The position numbers and the translations under genes were made by a program. A DNA stretch of 63,886 nt, filler included, from Vannella sp. (Eukaryota): NCBI GenBank assembly GCA_023345925.1. It is 5 parts of 5 records of this genome, joined end to end, with 100 filler letters (N's around TTAATTAATTAA, not from the genome) between each part and the next. Parts side by side here need not be neighbours in the genome. Positions count along the whole stretch, not along the records: positions 1 to 8,971 come from JAJQQN010000015.1; positions 9,072 to 19,828 come from JAJQQN010000762.1; 3 more parts are not named here. The stretch is one strand, 5' to 3'. Positions 1-10,865 of the stretch are shown here, in pieces. The notes under the pieces are model-generated. The model was not told the DNA's origin. It worked only from the letters and a program-made list of their open reading frames with translations, and did no database searches. Within the stretch, counting starts at the first letter, position 1; the number at the start of each line of letters is the position of its first letter.

Positions 1-612
1 GTGTTATGCCTGTTGTCCGGAACGGGACTCGCTTCTTGCTTTCATCGCGCCCACGCAAACCTGAGAAGGCCATTCCAAGATATCATGAGACTTATACACA
101 ATAAAAGAGCATAATTCATGATCTGAGTTCTCTCTGGGCTCTAGTGAGAGTTAGCAACAGGAGTTAAGCTTCGACAAAGGCTTTTGAAGGACAGATCGAT
201 CTCTTTCTTCGAACGGTAATACTTAAAGATAACTCATCATTTTAGAAAAGATGAACTACCGAAGCTCATCTATCAATCCTCATCCCCTACCATCAATATG
301 ACTCATAAATCCCTTTCAGAGTTGGACAGTCTTTTCTCATCCTCCTTTCCTGCTGCTTTTGCTCAGGATTGTCCCGCAAATTGAGCCTCCAGAGCCTACG
401 TTGGTTGTTTAATTGATTCTACATCCCTGTGGAAGGTGGAATGCTCAACCACTGATTTTTGCTCATTCACATTCCAATGAATTCATGCGTTCTGGGGCTC
501 CAGCCCTGATGGTGAAAGGGCCGCCCTGGAAGGATACCTGGTATACCAAACGAGATCAAGACGGCTCTGAAAACAATGAAGAGGGCAGCGTTTGGGACAT
601 GTTTTAACAGGT

Positions 613-3600
613 TCAAATCGAGAATGCTGATCGGGCTGATTTTGGAACTCGGAGTGATTGGATTGGATCTGCGAAACGAGAAACATCGATATCAGAAGGT
701 CTGGCCATTGCAGAACAAAAGGGAGGCTGGAGTAGGAAATGTGGAGGCGAAGAAATTAGGCATTTTGGTTTCCAGCTCGTTGTTGGAATCATCATCTTCG
801 GCTCTATCCGGTTCCGAAGAGGGCGGCAGGTCCGCTTTTGGTTTCCAGATGACTCAATGATAAGTCGAAGGATCTGTGAGCTCTTTGATGCAGCAATTTG
901 ATGCTCCAAACTAAAGAGATACGACGATTCAACAGGCATTCTAGATACCTCCCTGTGAATATGATTTTGGTAAAAGTTTTGGAGGGCCGCAAGATTTGCA
1001 ATATCAAGAAGTGTTTGCCCCAAAGAGTTCTCTTCAGCGAAGACGTTATCGTTATCCTTTTTTGCCAGCTTGAGAAGAGAACGCGTGGAGATTTCATCTT
1101 GGGCCCTAATCGCCAAGTGCAAGGCCCATTCGCCTGTAACATCCTTGATAAAAGGGTCCACTTTTTTGCAAGTGAGTAATGTCTCAAGAGCCTCTGATTG
1201 GCCCCGAAAGGCAGCAAGGCATAGAGCTGTTTGTCCGAAGCATTTGCTCCTATGATTGACTTGATTTGGTGTCATCTCACGCAAGAGTTCTTTCACTGAA
1301 TTGATTGATCCATTCCACGCAGCATAATGAAGAGCAGTCCAACCGCGAAGAGTGCATTCCTGTCCAAGTGAGGCTCCCTCTTTCAAGAGAGCCGGTATGA
1401 TGGAATCACAGTCACTGTACGCAGCAATCATCAAGGGGGTCAATCCTTCTCTCTCTGTATTGACCATGTTGACGAGACTTCCATCATATTCCTCCCTGTT
1501 GTATCGGAGGATCCTCTCCAAGACCGCAGTAAGCTGATTATTGAAGCAACAGACGTGAAGAGGCGTGTAGAAGAGGGTGTCTCTGGACGTAAGGAAAAGC
1601 TCGATTGGTGGATCCGGAACTTCCATCCCTGGATGAGAAGAAATGAAGCTTTTCTTCCACAATCCCGGGGCCTCCTCGATGAGAAATTCTAAAGCCTTGA
1701 CTTGGTCATGATAAGCAGAGATATGGCAAAGCTGAAATGAAACGGGGCGTCCAGAATCGACCTGGTTCAACTGAAACCCATCTCTAGTTGCAACATGGGA
1801 TATCAGCAGCTTAGCCATCTCAAGGTTTCCGCGACCAATGGCAATCTGCAAGGGAGAAACTTGCTCATGGGCGGAAAGAAGGTGTTCTTCAGTGATACCA
1901 CAAATCACATGCACTTTCGATATTGGAGTAGAATTTGGAATCTCCAGGTCACCTTTGGAGCCGTAGAACATTTTTTGGCGGTTTGCCTTTATCCGGATTT
2001 TATGATCCTTGACCAGAGGATTTCCAGCCTCCTTAAAGTAACTCAAGAGCGAAACCGCAGCATTTACGGAATTATAGAACGCAGCAACGTGCATGGCACT
2101 CCATAGTAGTTCTCCACCCCTTGTATAAGTTATTGCAAAATCAAATGGATTTGCAGAGCAAAATGATCTACCGGATTGGTGTTGGGCAATGATCAACAAA
2201 GCTGTGGTAAGTTCTGGGCTATCTTTTAGCATTGCGACATGCAAGGGAAAGAATCTTCTGAGGAGATTCCCTTCGACCTCTAGATCAAGTTTTGGTGAGG
2301 CACTGTCTAGGTAGTAATCACGCCTTGCAAAGGTGTAGATATTTTCTTGATCTCCTTCAAGAGTGACCTTACGCAATTCCTCTAAATCTTCAGAGAAGAC
2401 CGCATCGAACATTTTCGAGGTTTTTGTCTCATCTCGAGTGATGAAGGCAAATCCGTGATGGTTGCTGGCAGTTCTCGTTTGAGGAAAGGAGGAGAAATAG
2501 GTCGAATATGGAGGCTGATTTGGTGCCCGAATTCCTGAATTGGGCTCGAGAGTTTCAGGCCCCGCGCTCGCATATGTTGGGCCCAAGATTTTCTCAATTT
2601 CTGTGAGGGTGGCACAAAGCTTCATTCTGAAAGAGAGCACAGTTTCTCTATTCAAGATCTGTTGGTGAGATTTAACACCGTCTGAGTAAAATGTTTCTAA
2701 GTAATGGCGAATGGCACCAAATTGTTCATGCATGAAAAACTGTTGAGATGATGATTCTTGAACTTCAGCAGTCTGGTAATGTGCCTCCAAAATTTTCAGT
2801 TTTTCTAGAGGAATTACCACAGGGAAGAAATGGACTTTTGCATCATAAGGATTTGAACTAGCACATTCCTTCTGTGAGTCTCGAAGGACTTGCTTAATGG
2901 GCCGCAAATCGGACCTTGAGCAGCGGAAAGGACAGAAAGCGAGAAGAGCAGTGTAAATGTTTGGATGGGGTGTAGCCATTGCTTCCCACAATATCGTTGA
3001 CGAATAGAGGAAATCAATAGGCTGACAAAACTCCAAAAAACTCTGGATGAAACTAACTTTGTCTTCAATGGAGGGGAGATTGCTCGAATCGGGGGTTTGT
3101 TGTACTGTTACAGTAGAAGAAGGAAAATGATAGTTCCCTATTCTAGAGTAATTTGAGACCTGTGCATTTAAAGCATAGCCAAGATGCGTACAAGTAATCG
3201 GATGAGCTCCTCTGAATTTCAGTAAATATCTTGTAGCATCTTGATTAAGCAATAAACACGCAAACGACAAGTCTTCAATTCCATCTCCATTGAAGTACGG
3301 TTGGGGGTAACCTTGCTCTAAAAGAGTAGCCACACATGAGGTATGCCCATTCAGCATTGAGAGCATTGCAGCAGTGAATTTCCCGCCTTGTGACAGAACC
3401 GTTGGATCTGCTCCAAACTTGATTAAGATTGATACTGCTGCTGGCTTGCCGAAAAAACAGGCAAATTGCAGAGGAGTAAACTGGCAATCGAGATCAGTGC
3501 TCTCAATGTGGCCCTGTTTTCCAGCCCCCTTTTGAAGCAGCTTCTCAAGTATTTCCGAGAAGCCATACTGTGAGGCAATATGGAGGGCCGAACGGCCATC

Positions 3601-5497
3601 TTCTAGCTTTTGCGTGAGATCCTTTCCTTTTGCCAATAGAACTTTAGCAGCTCCAATCGAGTTGCTGAAGCAAGCTACATGGAGAAGAGTGCGCCCAAAA
3701 GAATCTCGTTGGGTCAAGATAGAACCAGATCCACTCAACGGGTCCAGGCTCAAAATCTCCTCCAGTTTTTCGAAATCGTCTCTTCTCACAACCTCGCTTG
3801 CCTCCTCTAATTCCGCGCTCATGTAAACACCAGCTGTCCAGTCATCCGTAGTGATTGGGTGGAAGGAACCAATTCGTTTAAGAGTCATTTGCTGCCCAGG
3901 GTTAATCTGCATCCATCTGACCTTGCCCTGGACAGAAGGAAAGTCAGTCTCCAAGTTTTCTCCCTGGTCTGGACATTTCCCACAGCAATCTTCAAGTACT
4001 TCCGCTGCGGTGCCTGAGAAACAAGAATGAGAATGGGATTTCCTGTCTCGTCTTCTTTTGTTGAATACGCTGTGCAGAGCCTCATCCTTCTTCTCAACAA
4101 GTTGGCGGACACGAAGAGCGCCCCAGCGGGGGCCCCATGGTAAAAAGACGGCAGAGTAGTCGGACAAGGTCGCAACTCCACTCAATCTGATGCCATTATA
4201 CTCTTCATCTATCCACGCTAGACCACTCTCAAATGGATCAATGAAATTCTGGCGAACCGGCCTCATTTTTTTGGCAAACTGCTGCTCTCTAAATGACTGC
4301 CGGGCCGTTCTAGAATCGAGATTCGTCAACAAAATGAGTTTGGCCAGCCCATGCACCTCATTCAGGTGTTTCTCGAACAGTCTGGGGTCGATCCTTGTAT
4401 CATCATATCCAGGAATCAGCACAGAAAAGCCTCTGGCAGCGTACTTTGCAAGCCGCACCTCGTACGTTGGAGACCGCCGGGTCATATCCACTTGATTAAC
4501 TTGGTAGATGAGGGAGTGATGGGCTCGAGGAGTCATAAACACGTCAATGCCATTGAATCCGACCGAGCAAGAGTCAACATCGAATCCCATCAAGATCTCA
4601 GCAGGCGACTTGTACAATCGGAGAATAATCTGGACGTGTCGATAGGGGAACCGGGAAACAATGGTCACGGCATGTTGAGAGCGGAAGCAAATGACATTTT
4701 CTCTTTTGGGCAGAGACTCGACAATGTGGAGGTATATCTCCTTTACCTTCTCGTTTGCTTCATCATCAGAAAGCCCGTAAAGAAAGATATCAACGTCAGA
4801 GCTTCTGTAAGCTTCCTTGTGAAAGTAGTTTCGGACTTCTTCCGGAGTGGTCTTTTGGTTTGGTTGCAAACAAGCTAAAACGGATCCTCCCGCGGCAAAC
4901 ACGTTGGACCAGTTGAACTGTTGAAACTGCCCCTCCGTGAAAAGAGCAAAATTCTCAAGGAAAGTTTCCCTGTCCACAATGCAATCGCTTCCTACGCTCT
5001 TTGATACCACTTTTGGTGACGAAATGCGGGGAATCAGTCTATCTTCCGGTGATTCTTCGAGGAATCTGGGAGAGTTAGCCTTCTGGGTGGTTGCTAAGGT
5101 GGAGAACTCACTTGAAGATGTCTTTTTCCTTGAATACGTCGATCAGAAGAACCAACGGGTCTTGTAAAGCGTTGGAATCTCTCTCAGTAGCGAAGAGCTC
5201 TCGAAAAAAGTTCTCCCTCTCCCTTGTTTCGACAAACAGCTGGCTTCTTTCCCCGGCATCGGAAAGAGAGCGGAATCGGGAAGGATAAACGTCTGTCTGC
5301 TCAATCAAACCCCCATTTGTCAGTTGAAGGGCGTCCTTCAACGTCTCAGCACTCCTTTTGAATCGAAAAGCATCCATCTCCACCACAGAAGGGGTGGAGA
5401 GCAAGAAATGAACCATTCTTTTTTGGAGAGCAAGAAATGAACCATCTTTTTTTGGGAGGTTTCTTTCTTTTGCATAGCTTGCCCTGATGACCTCCAT
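613..5497 (-). CDS. Large protein: N-terminal nucleotidyltransferase-like (Pol-beta superfamily) domain followed by two blocks of ankyrin repeats; 2 exons (intron 5066-5111); start codon uncertain (5416, 5497 or further upstream)
   Basis: ORF 613-5010 (1465 aa) joins ORF 5108-5497 in frame via a 46-bp GT..GCTAAC..AG intron (…DIFK/FLEESPEDRLIPRISSPKVVSK…). Motifs AAGGSV…SDVDIFLYG, FDVD, RLAKYAARGF; many ankyrin motifs (GRTLLHVAC, GRSALHIAS, TPLQFAC, GLTPLMIAA, GWTALHYAA). Confidence 0.8.
5396..5453. repeat. 29-bp tandem duplication (GGAGAGCAAGAAATGAACCAT(TC/CT)TTTTTT x2)
   Basis: Copies start at 5396 and 5425; both encode MVHFLLS on the minus strand but in different frames. Confidence 0.9.
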
Positions 5498-6269
5498 CTC
5501 TTCAGGATAAGCTTTTGGACTGATTTCATTTTTTTCACTTCTTCGCTACCAAATGCCCTCGCCATGGACCTCATCTGGGCTCGTCGAGTCGCTACTGAAA
5601 CCAACGTTTTACGTGTTTTGCTTGAGGTACTTTAAGGGCTTCTCGCAATGAAGGTCGATGGCTTCATAATCCAGAACTTGTACAGTATAAATGGGGCTGA
5701 TTGCTTCTCATTAGCTCCCGGGTTCAAGATAAACGCTTTCAGAGGTATCGATCCATGCTTTGATTCCACTTTCAGTTGCGAGATAAGACCACAGTTGGAA
5801 GGAATGTCAGGAGTTTGTGTGGCTTTCTGACAGAAGGAAGCGAAAGGCTCTCCACGAGACGACTTATCCATTTTGCCGGGGAGTCTGCTGCCGGGCTTTA
5901 TTGGCTAAAGGAGCTGCTGATGCCCAGTGGAAGCTCTATAAAGGAAAGCCGATCACACAAGGTCACCACTTCTGCTTGCAAAGTGAAGGAGAAAGGACCT
6001 CCTCTGACTCTGGGGCTCATAGGAGGAGCATAGAAGTAGTACGTGTAGGCAAGATTGCGATAGCTACAGAGGTGGGAGCGATAGTTACAAGGTGGGAGGG
6101 CACGCGGAGGAAGCACAAGTAGTGCCAAACACGAAAGCGTAAAGTCGACCTAGCCTCCGGTTGAAGAGTTACAGAGGCAGATGATAATGCTTGGTGATCT
6201 CTCCAAATGCGCGTAGAGAGAATACTGGACTCTCTTTGCGAGAAAGGCCTCTTCGACAGTTCTCTTTAT

Positions 6270-7133
6270 TCATTTGTGACCATTTCCAGCAGCGAAACCT
6301 TGCGAATAGGACAGATTCTTGAGTGTGGTCATCTTCTGGTGAAGGAAAGGCTTCAAAGTCTCTGCCATCTCCTTTTGTTTGGCCTGATCGAGTCCAGCTT
6401 CCAAAAAGAAGCGCTCCAGGATGGCGGAGCTGATCTGATTGACGTTTGCAGCATTTCCTAGTTCTTGTTGGTTGAGTGGAAGGATGTTGGGCTCTTCTAC
6501 GGTAACAGGCTTCTTGTTGACCTCCCACTTCTTCGCCTTGACCGGGGCGGCGTCTCCTTCAAGCTCCAGAACGAACTCGCACTCTTCTTTCTTGGGTCTG
6601 TGGTTTGCTCTTGAGATAACAATGCGTCCAATCGCTCCTGTGGAAGGCAAATGGGGTCCTGCGCAGCAGTTGACACTCCATTTCTCGATCTGTCCGCTAA
6701 TTGAGGCCAGATCAGACCATTGGAGATGGCTCTTACCAGTACTACATTCACTGTAGCTTCCTTTGACTCTAATCGATCAAAGAGGCTGTGGTTGTCGACC
6801 TTCTTGCCAAACAAGGACTCTGCCTCGTCCTTTGCGACTTCTTGATCACTGACCTGCCCCCCCAAGTAAGAACAAACAAGTACAGATAGCTTGAGCTCTT
6901 ACAGGCACGTTTTGGGTGATGGTATCGTTGGTAAGGCGCTCTGCAGCACGGACTTCATCATCGGAAGGTCCTTCCGCTCTCGTCCAATGGACTACCAAGC
7001 GCGCTTGCTTCGCATTACGGTACGTTACCGACACAGTAAGTGGGGTCTCAAACGTCTTCACCAAAGCACCCTTTAACACATGCAAAGCTGTGTCCAGCGT
7101 CGCCGTGTGGCACTTCACCTTCTTTGTCGCCAT
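6270..7133 (-). CDS. AlaX-S-like free-standing aminoacyl-tRNA editing domain protein with C-terminal extension; 3 exons (introns 6854-6902, 6690-6736)
   Basis: Spliced translation MATKKVKCHTATLDTALHVLKGALVK…GPSDDEVRAAERLTNDTITQNVP/VSDQEVAKDEAESLFG…NVVL/IEKWSVNCCAGPHLPSTGAIGRIVI… resembles archaeal AlaX-S (HSALHVVKGAV…PSDEEI…IEDWNVNACNKEH..TGEIG). Confidence 0.75.
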
Positions 7134-7281
7134 CTCAACAAGAAATGTCTTTGAAACAGAAATTAAGAATCCACCCAGGAAATGAGAAACAACCATTTAT
7201 TCACCTTCTCGCTCTGATTGGTCGGGCAAAACGCTGTTTGATTATGGGAGAGAGGGGATGATCGAAATCCTGTCAACTCGA

Positions 7282-8971
7282 CTACTCGTTTGCTGCCATG
7301 CTCGCAGATGTTGGCCCGGTACAGGATTGAGCTTGGTCCATTAATCGCATGATCCTGCGGAGATTAGGTTTGTCGAAATCATAGGATTTGAACTGTTTAG
7401 CTTCTTGGAGAGAATTGATGGCTTCTTCTTTCTGCCCTAGTCGAAGGTGAATGTCAGCTAACTCCATTAAGGAATGCGGGATAGCGTAGATTTCGGATGA
7501 AACCTGTTTTCGGAGCGAAACGCATTTCTGGAGTCTCTCTTGAGCTTCTGTAAAGTGATTGGTTTCTTTCAAGAGCCGACCTGATAGATAGTAATAGACA
7601 GCAGATGTTTCTGGATTGGAGTTGTGGTTCTCTACTCTATCTTGGGTGAAGTGATTATCTAGAACCTGAAGTGCCACGCACTGCTTCCCTTGCTTTCGCC
7701 AATTGCCTGCCGTTATAAGCACTCTTTCATCAGGACTGAGCGGTGGAGTTTGAGAATTCCATTCTTTTGACTTTCTAGCTGCATGATGATCGAAACTGAA
7801 GTACTAATCATTTGTAAGCGAAGATTGGGAGGGATAGTCATATAGTCACCTTTCTGGCCCAAGACTGTGAGAGAGTAAACCATTTTCTTGCTTTTGCTTG
7901 CCTTTCAGCATCAAATGACCCTTCAAGCATACAGTAGGCAATACCAAGTTGATAAGCTGCAAAACACCTGTAACTTTTGGATTTGTGTCCTTGCTTCGTG
8001 CTTAGTTGTGCCCATTGAGAAGCGATTATGCTACTCACTCTCCAAGAAGAGTTCTAGAAAGTGAATTGCTTGATCCCATTCCATGAGCCGCCAATGACAG
8101 TCCGCAATCTCATAAAATGAGACATTGTGAAGGTGTGGGAAATTCACAGTCATTTCAGATACTCTTTTGAACATTTCCATTCCCTCTTGCACGCGAAACC
8201 TCTGTCGCTGAAGATACCCTCCCAAGTATTGCAATATCATGTTGTTTCTAGCAGAGTTACTCCAGAGAAGCTCTTCTAAGGTCTACCTACTGGCAAAGTT
8301 GATTGCAATCATCAAAGACGATCTGGGCTTGGTTCAGATCCTCTTTGAAGAAGGTTTCGATCCAAAGAACAATCAAACCTGGAAAGAATGTTTGTGAATT
8401 GACATCCTGGGCGGATGGATTGATTACCTGCAAGAGGACTGACAGTGGTATGAGATTGGAGACATCTGTACAACTGTTCTATTCCAGATGCTCTGTTTGC
8501 AGAGAACCCCAAAGCGGAGACGATGAACTGGAGGGTCGGTGGGGTGATGGAGACAAAGAAGTGAAAGGCTGCCACAACAAAGGTGATTCTGTGGGCTGTA
8601 TCCTGGTCTGTAGAAGAGAGCTTGACGGGAGAGGATAGCTCTTGAAAGAGAAGCCAAGCTTTTCGCAGTTGCCAACCTCCTGTAAGGTAGTTTCCCATCC
8701 GTAGTGCAAGGAGAGCTTTCATAAGAACCATCTCTGCACCAATACTCTGTTCTAGTATGGTATGGGCTGTTGAAATGAGAGAAGCAGCGGCGCACTGATC
8801 CATGTGAACGGTGGCTACTTTAGCTTCTTCCTTATCTTCCGATAGCATCGCTCGGAACCACGCCACTTGTGCGTACAACAACCAACCCTCTAACGTCAGC
8901 TCACCTCCTTTCAACAAGTCCTCCAAGAGAGCATCCGCTCCGTCCAAATCAGATCCCCAAAAGGCCGCCCT
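7282..8971 (-). CDS. TTC39: TTC39/Iml2-family TPR protein, multi-exon, 5' end lost in the gap
   Basis: Exonic pieces FHFFVSITPPTLQFIVSALGFSANRASGIEQL, YEIADCHWRLMEWDQA, YAIPHSLMELADIHL…EAKQFKSYDFDKPNLRRI match the TTC39 family pattern. Confidence 0.75.
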
Positions 8972-9071
8972 NNNNNNNNNNNNNNNNNNNNNNNNNNNNN
9001 NNNNNNNNNNNNNNNTTAATTAATTAANNNNNNNNNNNNNNNNNNNNNNNNNNNNNNNNNNNNNNNNNNNN
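8972..9071. other. Artificial assembly spacer N44-TTAATTAATTAA-N44
   Basis: 100 bp; central 12-mer gives stops in all six frames. Confidence 0.99.
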
Positions 9072-9309
9072 CCTCCTCAGCAGCCTCCTCAGCAGCCACA
9101 CTAGCCAGTACGGGAGCATCCTTCACCGCTTGTCTCTCTTCTTCTTTCTCCTCGAGGACAGCCACCAATCCAGCAGCCTCTTCCTCAACCTCCAACTCAG
9201 TCTCACCTCCGTCCTCAGTAGCTGATGCACCCTCTACCAGATCAAGTCCATCCACGGCTTTCTCCACAACCTCAACCAACGCGGGCTCCACAGCAGGAAC
9301 AGCCTCCAT
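9072..9309 (-). CDS. Acidic, Glu/Ala-rich N-terminal fragment of a gene that runs into the gap (possibly the TTC39 N-terminus)
   Basis: ORF MEAVPAVEPALVEVVEK…AEEAAEE is open into the Ns, on the same strand as the 5'-truncated TTC39 across the gap. Confidence 0.55.
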
Positions 9310-9402
9310 CCAACAGAATGATCAACCCAATTAATCATTGCCGCTTTGACTTTGTCAATGCGCAAGTAGAAAGAGGAAAGTAGAACAGGAAAGTGAGGTG
9401 AA

Positions 9403-9449
9403 GTGAAATGTGGTGAAATGTGGTGAAATGTGGTGAAATGTGGGAAATG
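9403..9449. repeat. 10-bp tandem repeat (GTGAAATGTG) x4 plus a partial copy, in a divergent promoter region
   Basis: Directly visible; lies between ATG 9309 (-) and ATG 9498 (+). Confidence 0.9.
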
Positions 9450-9497
9450 CGGTTCCCAATGCCTTGTTGGGCCTCATTTTCTGCCTGGATCGTCGAG

Positions 9498-10802
9498 ATG
9501 GGGTATCCTATCGCATTTCGGAGGTTCGGCGTGAACAGGGCAGCTGAGGAAGATGAGGAAGATGAGGACTATGAAGATACCTCACACGCTTTAGGGAAGA
9601 GGAGCCCTACCCGTGAGGATGATCGAGCCCCAAAGCGCCAAAAGCTCGACCCATTCAAGCATTTTCACACTCACCCCGCTCCAGTCTGCGTCCCAGATGA
9701 AGTGCTCTCCCACATCTTCTCGTTTCTCCCTTCCTCTGAGCTGATGGCGTGCAGCAAGGTATGTCGCCAATGGAACATCGTTGCAATGTCCCCTCAGTAC
9801 TGGGAGCACATCAAATCAATGCCCTCAGAGGAGTCCAGCAAGATGTTCTTGAAACGGTGCGAGTTCGCCATCCACCGCTTTGGAGGCTCTATTCTGTCCC
9901 TCAACCTTTCTGAGTGCTCCAAATCGATTCCCTCTCGCATTTCAAACGCTTTGGGAGATCACTGTACTGCTCTTCGATGGCTAAGCCTCCGTGGAGTGGA
10001 ATCTTTGCAAGGAATCTCACTTGTCCGCATTGCGCAGCGGAATCCACAATTGAGATGGCTTAATGTGAGCGGGTGCTTCAATGTCAATCCAACTACTCTC
10101 TCACAGGTTGCTGAAGCTCTGCCCGGTCTGACTCACTTGATGGCGCATCATTGCCAACTGGGAATCCCTTCTTTCCAGACCATTGCTGGGTCATTTAAAG
10201 CTCTGAAGATGCTTCGGTTGAACAACAACCTAAGCACTACCTATGCCACAACCCAATTGGTGAGCAATATGGCGGAACTTGAATTTCTGGACCTGTCCCA
10301 CACTGGGTTGCGAGATGATAATATGATGCGGCTCTTAGCCTCAGCCCCCAAGATTCGGACTCTCATTCTCAGTCATTGTGACTTTCTGGAAGGAGACTTG
10401 TTCGGATTCCTCCCAAAACTGGTTCATTTGGAAGCGCTTGACATCTCTCATTGCGTCAACCTGGGATCTTATACAATCAATGCACTTGGGAGCATCCCTT
10501 CCCTCCAAAAGCTGGACATCTCCTGGTGCACCTCTGTAGAAGAGGAGGACTTGGAGAGTTTGGTGGGAATCTTGGCAGCGAATCACTCCCTTTTGAAGAA
10601 CTTTTGGTTCCAAGGAACCCGGATTGGTTCCAGGGCGTTTGACGAGTTGCAAGCCCTTGAGTGTTTAGAGCGACCTTTAGACCCTTCTAGTTGCAGATAT
10701 CTGACTCGGGAACAACGCCGTTTGCCTGCAGGAGAACTTCCTTTGCGAGGGCAACTGATTGCCCTTCCCCCACCTTTCGCTATTACCGTGGAGACACAAT
10801 AA
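9498..10802 (+). CDS. F-box/LRR (FBXL-type) protein
   Basis: F-box VPDEVLSHIFSFL…CSKVCRQWN followed by cysteine-containing LRRs (LNLSEC, LNVSGC, LILSHC, LDISWC). Single exon; start taken at the ATG downstream of the repeat. Confidence 0.88.
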   Translation: MGYPIAFRRFGVNRAAEEDEEDEDYEDTSHALGKRSPTREDDRAPKRQKLDPFKHFHTHPAPVCVPDEVLSHIFSFLPSSELMACSKVCRQWNIVAMSPQYWEHIKSMPSEESSKMFLKRCEFAIHRFGGSILSLNLSECSKSIPSRISNALGDHCTALRWLSLRGVESLQGISLVRIAQRNPQLRWLNVSGCFNVNPTTLSQVAEALPGLTHLMAHHCQLGIPSFQTIAGSFKALKMLRLNNNLSTTYATTQLVSNMAELEFLDLSHTGLRDDNMMRLLASAPKIRTLILSHCDFLEGDLFGFLPKLVHLEALDISHCVNLGSYTINALGSIPSLQKLDISWCTSVEEEDLESLVGILAANHSLLKNFWFQGTRIGSRAFDELQALECLERPLDPSSCRYLTREQRRLPAGELPLRGQLIALPPPFAITVETQ

Positions 10803-10865
10803 ACCAATATATGATGATGATTGAGGTGGAAGCTTGGTGTATTCAAGTCAGTTCAGAGAAGTTGT

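Noticed and set aside
613..5497. Endogenous giant-virus insertion suggested by the ankyrin-rich NTase gene
   Set aside because: The gene has a spliceosomal intron, neighbours are ordinary eukaryotic genes, and no viral core genes are present.
5610..6260. Short ORFs between the NTase-ankyrin and AlaX-like genes
   Set aside because: No recognisable motifs or consistent splice model; left uncalled.
9016..9027. TTAATTAATTAA palindrome recurring four times
   Set aside because: Always centred in N-runs of identical length; a synthetic six-frame-stop linker, not biology.
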